DNA of 23,099 nucleotides. It comes from a virus. Lineage: Duplodnaviria > Heunggongvirae > Uroviricota > Caudoviricetes. Both the position numbers and the translations under genes were made by a program. Positions 20,881 through 23,099 of this stretch are shown one piece after another. The DNA lies in IMG/VR virus record IMGVR_UViG_3300037467_000752; one strand, given 5' to 3'. Numbering within the stretch: the first letter of the stretch is position 1; every line of letters starts with the position of its first letter. The notes under the pieces are model-generated. The model saw only the letters and a program-made list of their open reading frames with translations, was not told the DNA's origin and did not search any database.

Positions 20881-20911
20881 AGCAGGCTTACCAACGAAAG
20901 GAACTAGATAC

Positions 20912-21238
20912 ATGGAAGCGTTTGAAGTGACCCTTACGGCAGCACCCGGTTTCGTGCCCAATGCTCGACAGGAAGAGGCTGGAGACATAGCAGCGGACAT
21001 CATTGCTGAATCTGCCGCAGCGGGTTTTATGACAGCCCAAGCATCCGCCAAGATGTTGTTGCTGGGCTTTTGCCCGTGTCTTCTCAGCTTCTCACGCGGT
21101 GAGTTGGTGTTGGACTATATCGGTGAAGAAGAGGGTGCGGTGGGGGCTGTTGCTACGTTCATTGCAGACAGGAGCGGTACTACGGGATTTCCCCTCGCAT
21201 TCAACGTTCGCAACGAGTTTTTGGAGGCACGCGCATGA
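20912..21238 (+). CDS. Hypothetical protein, 108 aa
   Basis: AAAGGA RBS. Confidence 0.75.
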   Translation: MEAFEVTLTAAPGFVPNARQEEAGDIAADIIAESAAAGFMTAQASAKMLLLGFCPCLLSFSRGELVLDYIGEEEGAVGAVATFIADRSGTTGFPLAFNVRNEFLEARA

Positions 21239-22416
21239 CTCGTAAGCTCGTTACCGTCCGTCCCATCAAAGAGCTAGTGCCCATCGCAGGCGCAGACCGC
21301 ATCGAACTGGCTATCGTGGACGGTTGGCAAGTGGTCGTCAAAAGGGGTATCCATCAGGCAGGAGAGCTTGTCCTTTACTACGAAATCGACAGCTTCCTTC
21401 CTGCCGAAGACAAGCGATACGCCTTCCTTGACGCTCCCGAAGCATCTGGCAAGGGCTTCATCACGTGGGGTGACAAGTACGGTGCACGCCTGAAGACGAT
21501 CAAACTGCGCAAGCAACTGTCGCAGGGCCTTGTGCTGCCATTGGCAGACTTCCCCGAAGTGCTTGAAGTGCTGGCTGACACTACCGAGGAAGAGAAGATC
21601 AACCTCGATGTCACGGAACTGCTGAAGGTGGAGAAGTGGGAGCCTATCGAGAAGGAATTCCGTGGCAACAGCCCCGGCTCATCCGAAGGCAAACGCTTCC
21701 CTGCGTTCATTCGTAAGACCGATCAGGAACGTATCCAGAACTACGGAACGCTCGTGGAGCGTGCACTGGATGAGGAATTCGAAGTTACGATTAAGAAAGA
21801 TGGTAGCAGCCTTACCGTCTTCGCCGTGCAGCCTGAGAGCCCGTTCTACGCCGATGCTAAGGCATTGACGGACAAAAAGCTGTCGCTGTGGCAACGCTTC
21901 CTTGGCTTGTTCAAGAAGAAGCAAGCCGTGATGGGCATTTGCAGCCGCAACGTCCTGCTGCCGCTGGAGGGTGACAGCAACTTCCATCTTGTGGTGGAAC
22001 AACAGGGTCTGCTGGGCGTGCTTGGCATGATTGGCATGATTGGCGGCAGCTACGCGCTTCAAGGCGAGTTGGTTGCGCCCGACATTCAGGGCAACTACGA
22101 GAAGGTGACGGGGCTGGAATTCCACTTGTTCGACATATTCGACATCGATAGCCAGAAGTATCTCACTCCGTTTGAGCGGCAGGCAATTGCAGAGGACTTG
22201 TGTATCCCGCACTGCACCATCCTGAAGCAAGACATGCTGCGCGACATCATCGGCTACAAGGAAGGTGATGACGTGGTGAAGAAGTGTCTGGAGTACGCTT
22301 CCGGGCCGGGCGACAACCCCGGAGTGCTTCGGGAAGGTGTTGTCTTCAAGGCGCTTGACAGGGACTTCAGCTTCAAATCCGTTTCAAACGAGTACCTACT
22401 CGCCACTGGAAAATGA
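21235..22416 (+). CDS. RNA ligase, DRB0094 family (Rnl2-related)
   Basis: N-terminus RKLVTVR.I....I.GADRIE...VDGWQVVVK...YEIDSFLP; motifs KKDGSS, QGEL, FHLFDI, REGVVFK, SFKSVSNEYL. Confidence 0.95.
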   Translation: MTRKLVTVRPIKELVPIAGADRIELAIVDGWQVVVKRGIHQAGELVLYYEIDSFLPAEDKRYAFLDAPEASGKGFITWGDKYGARLKTIKLRKQLSQGLVLPLADFPEVLEVLADTTEEEKINLDVTELLKVEKWEPIEKEFRGNSPGSSEGKRFPAFIRKTDQERIQNYGTLVERALDEEFEVTIKKDGSSLTVFAVQPESPFYADAKALTDKKLSLWQRFLGLFKKKQAVMGICSRNVLLPLEGDSNFHLVVEQQGLLGVLGMIGMIGGSYALQGELVAPDIQGNYEKVTGLEFHLFDIFDIDSQKYLTPFERQAIAEDLCIPHCTILKQDMLRDIIGYKEGDDVVKKCLEYASGPGDNPGVLREGVVFKALDRDFSFKSVSNEYLLATGK

Positions 22417-23000
22417 TAGTAGCTGACATCAAAGATGGAGCCCTGTGGGTGCAGACTCGTGGTACTCCACCTAATCAATCTCGCACGAGAGCTTACGCTT
22501 TATGGTGTAAGGTAAAGGACCGTACTTCACCGCGCAGCCACTACCAACGCGAGGCTACCTACGGCGGCTGCTCCCTGTCCCCTAACTTCCAAAACTTCCA
22601 ATTTTTCGCGGAGTGGTGTCAAAGCCAAGTTGGGTACGCTATGACGGGATTCCAGTTGGATAAGGATTTGCTTGTCAAAGGCAACCGAGTCTACGCCGAA
22701 GATCGTTGCGTGTTTTTGCCGGGAGCATTAAACACACTGTTGATTAAATCCGATAAGTCCCGAGGAACACTGCCTTTAGGTGTTTACTTCGATGCACGCA
22801 GGAGCCACTACACGGCTAGCGTTAGCGTGGCAGGCAAGAAGAGACACTTAGGGTCGTTCCCGGACGTTCCTAGCGCCTTCGCAGCGTACAAAACAGGTAA
22901 GGAAGCCTACATTAAGGAATTGGCAGCGCGTTATAAGGGACAAATTGACCCGCGTGCTTACGAAACTCTACTATCGTATGAAGTGGAGGAATCAGATTGA
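22413..23000 (+). CDS. HNH-type (homing) endonuclease with AP2-like DNA-binding domain
   Basis: F..FAEW...LDKDLLVKGNRVY....CVFLP..LN (His-Me finger variant), then LPLGVYF...YTASV....KRHLGSF...AF.AY (AP2-like). Confidence 0.88.
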   Translation: MIVADIKDGALWVQTRGTPPNQSRTRAYALWCKVKDRTSPRSHYQREATYGGCSLSPNFQNFQFFAEWCQSQVGYAMTGFQLDKDLLVKGNRVYAEDRCVFLPGALNTLLIKSDKSRGTLPLGVYFDARRSHYTASVSVAGKKRHLGSFPDVPSAFAAYKTGKEAYIKELAARYKGQIDPRAYETLLSYEVEESD

Positions 23001-23099
23001 GCCTCAAAGGCCTGCTAGCTGGCTTCCTTCTAGCCTTCACACTCGTGGCCCAAGCTCCATTGGCTCCACGATATTCACCGCCGCCTAAGCCTCTGCCCG
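22997..23099 (+). CDS. Secreted or membrane protein, 3'-truncated
   Basis: TTG start with TTGA overlap and GGAGG RBS; MSLKGLLAGFLLAFTLVAQAPLAPRYSPPPKPLP is signal-peptide-like. Confidence 0.6.
   Translation, partial: MSLKGLLAGFLLAFTLVAQAPLAPRYSPPPKPLP

Noticed and set aside
22413-23000. Group I intron housing the HNH gene
   Set aside because: The gene is free-standing, with 4-bp overlaps to both neighbours and no flanking intron sequence or split gene.

Overview
This window looks like phage DNA, probably from a tailed phage of a proteobacterium (Burkholderiales is a guess from motif and gene style). It has three blocks. (1) 1-1360: the 3' part of a serine recombinase gene, then a non-coding stretch with a near-consensus sigma70 promoter and a bidirectional terminator. 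(2) About 1370-15600: roughly 45 small, mostly unknown genes, all on the minus strand, in short operons. About 18 sigma70-type promoters drive them. These promoters repeatedly carry two elements: a 14-bp TAGGG-N4-YCCYW box upstream of the -35, and a 17-bp quasi-palindrome (TGTAC-N7-STACR) over the spacer or -10. The block also holds three copies of a short promoter-driven element (TTCGAAY-N5-RGGGRTGGACGGC; sRNA or micropeptide), a candidate ~160-nt GGA-rich sRNA, three apparently leaderless genes and a pseudogene. A 23-bp direct repeat brackets it. (3) After a G-rich boundary at ~16250: four leftward genes, then a rightward operon with mosaic hypothetical proteins, an ATP-dependent DNA ligase, a DRB0094-family RNA ligase and an HNH/AP2 endonuclease. 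No tRNA, rRNA or CRISPR array was found. All family calls are from motif recognition by eye; no database search was run.
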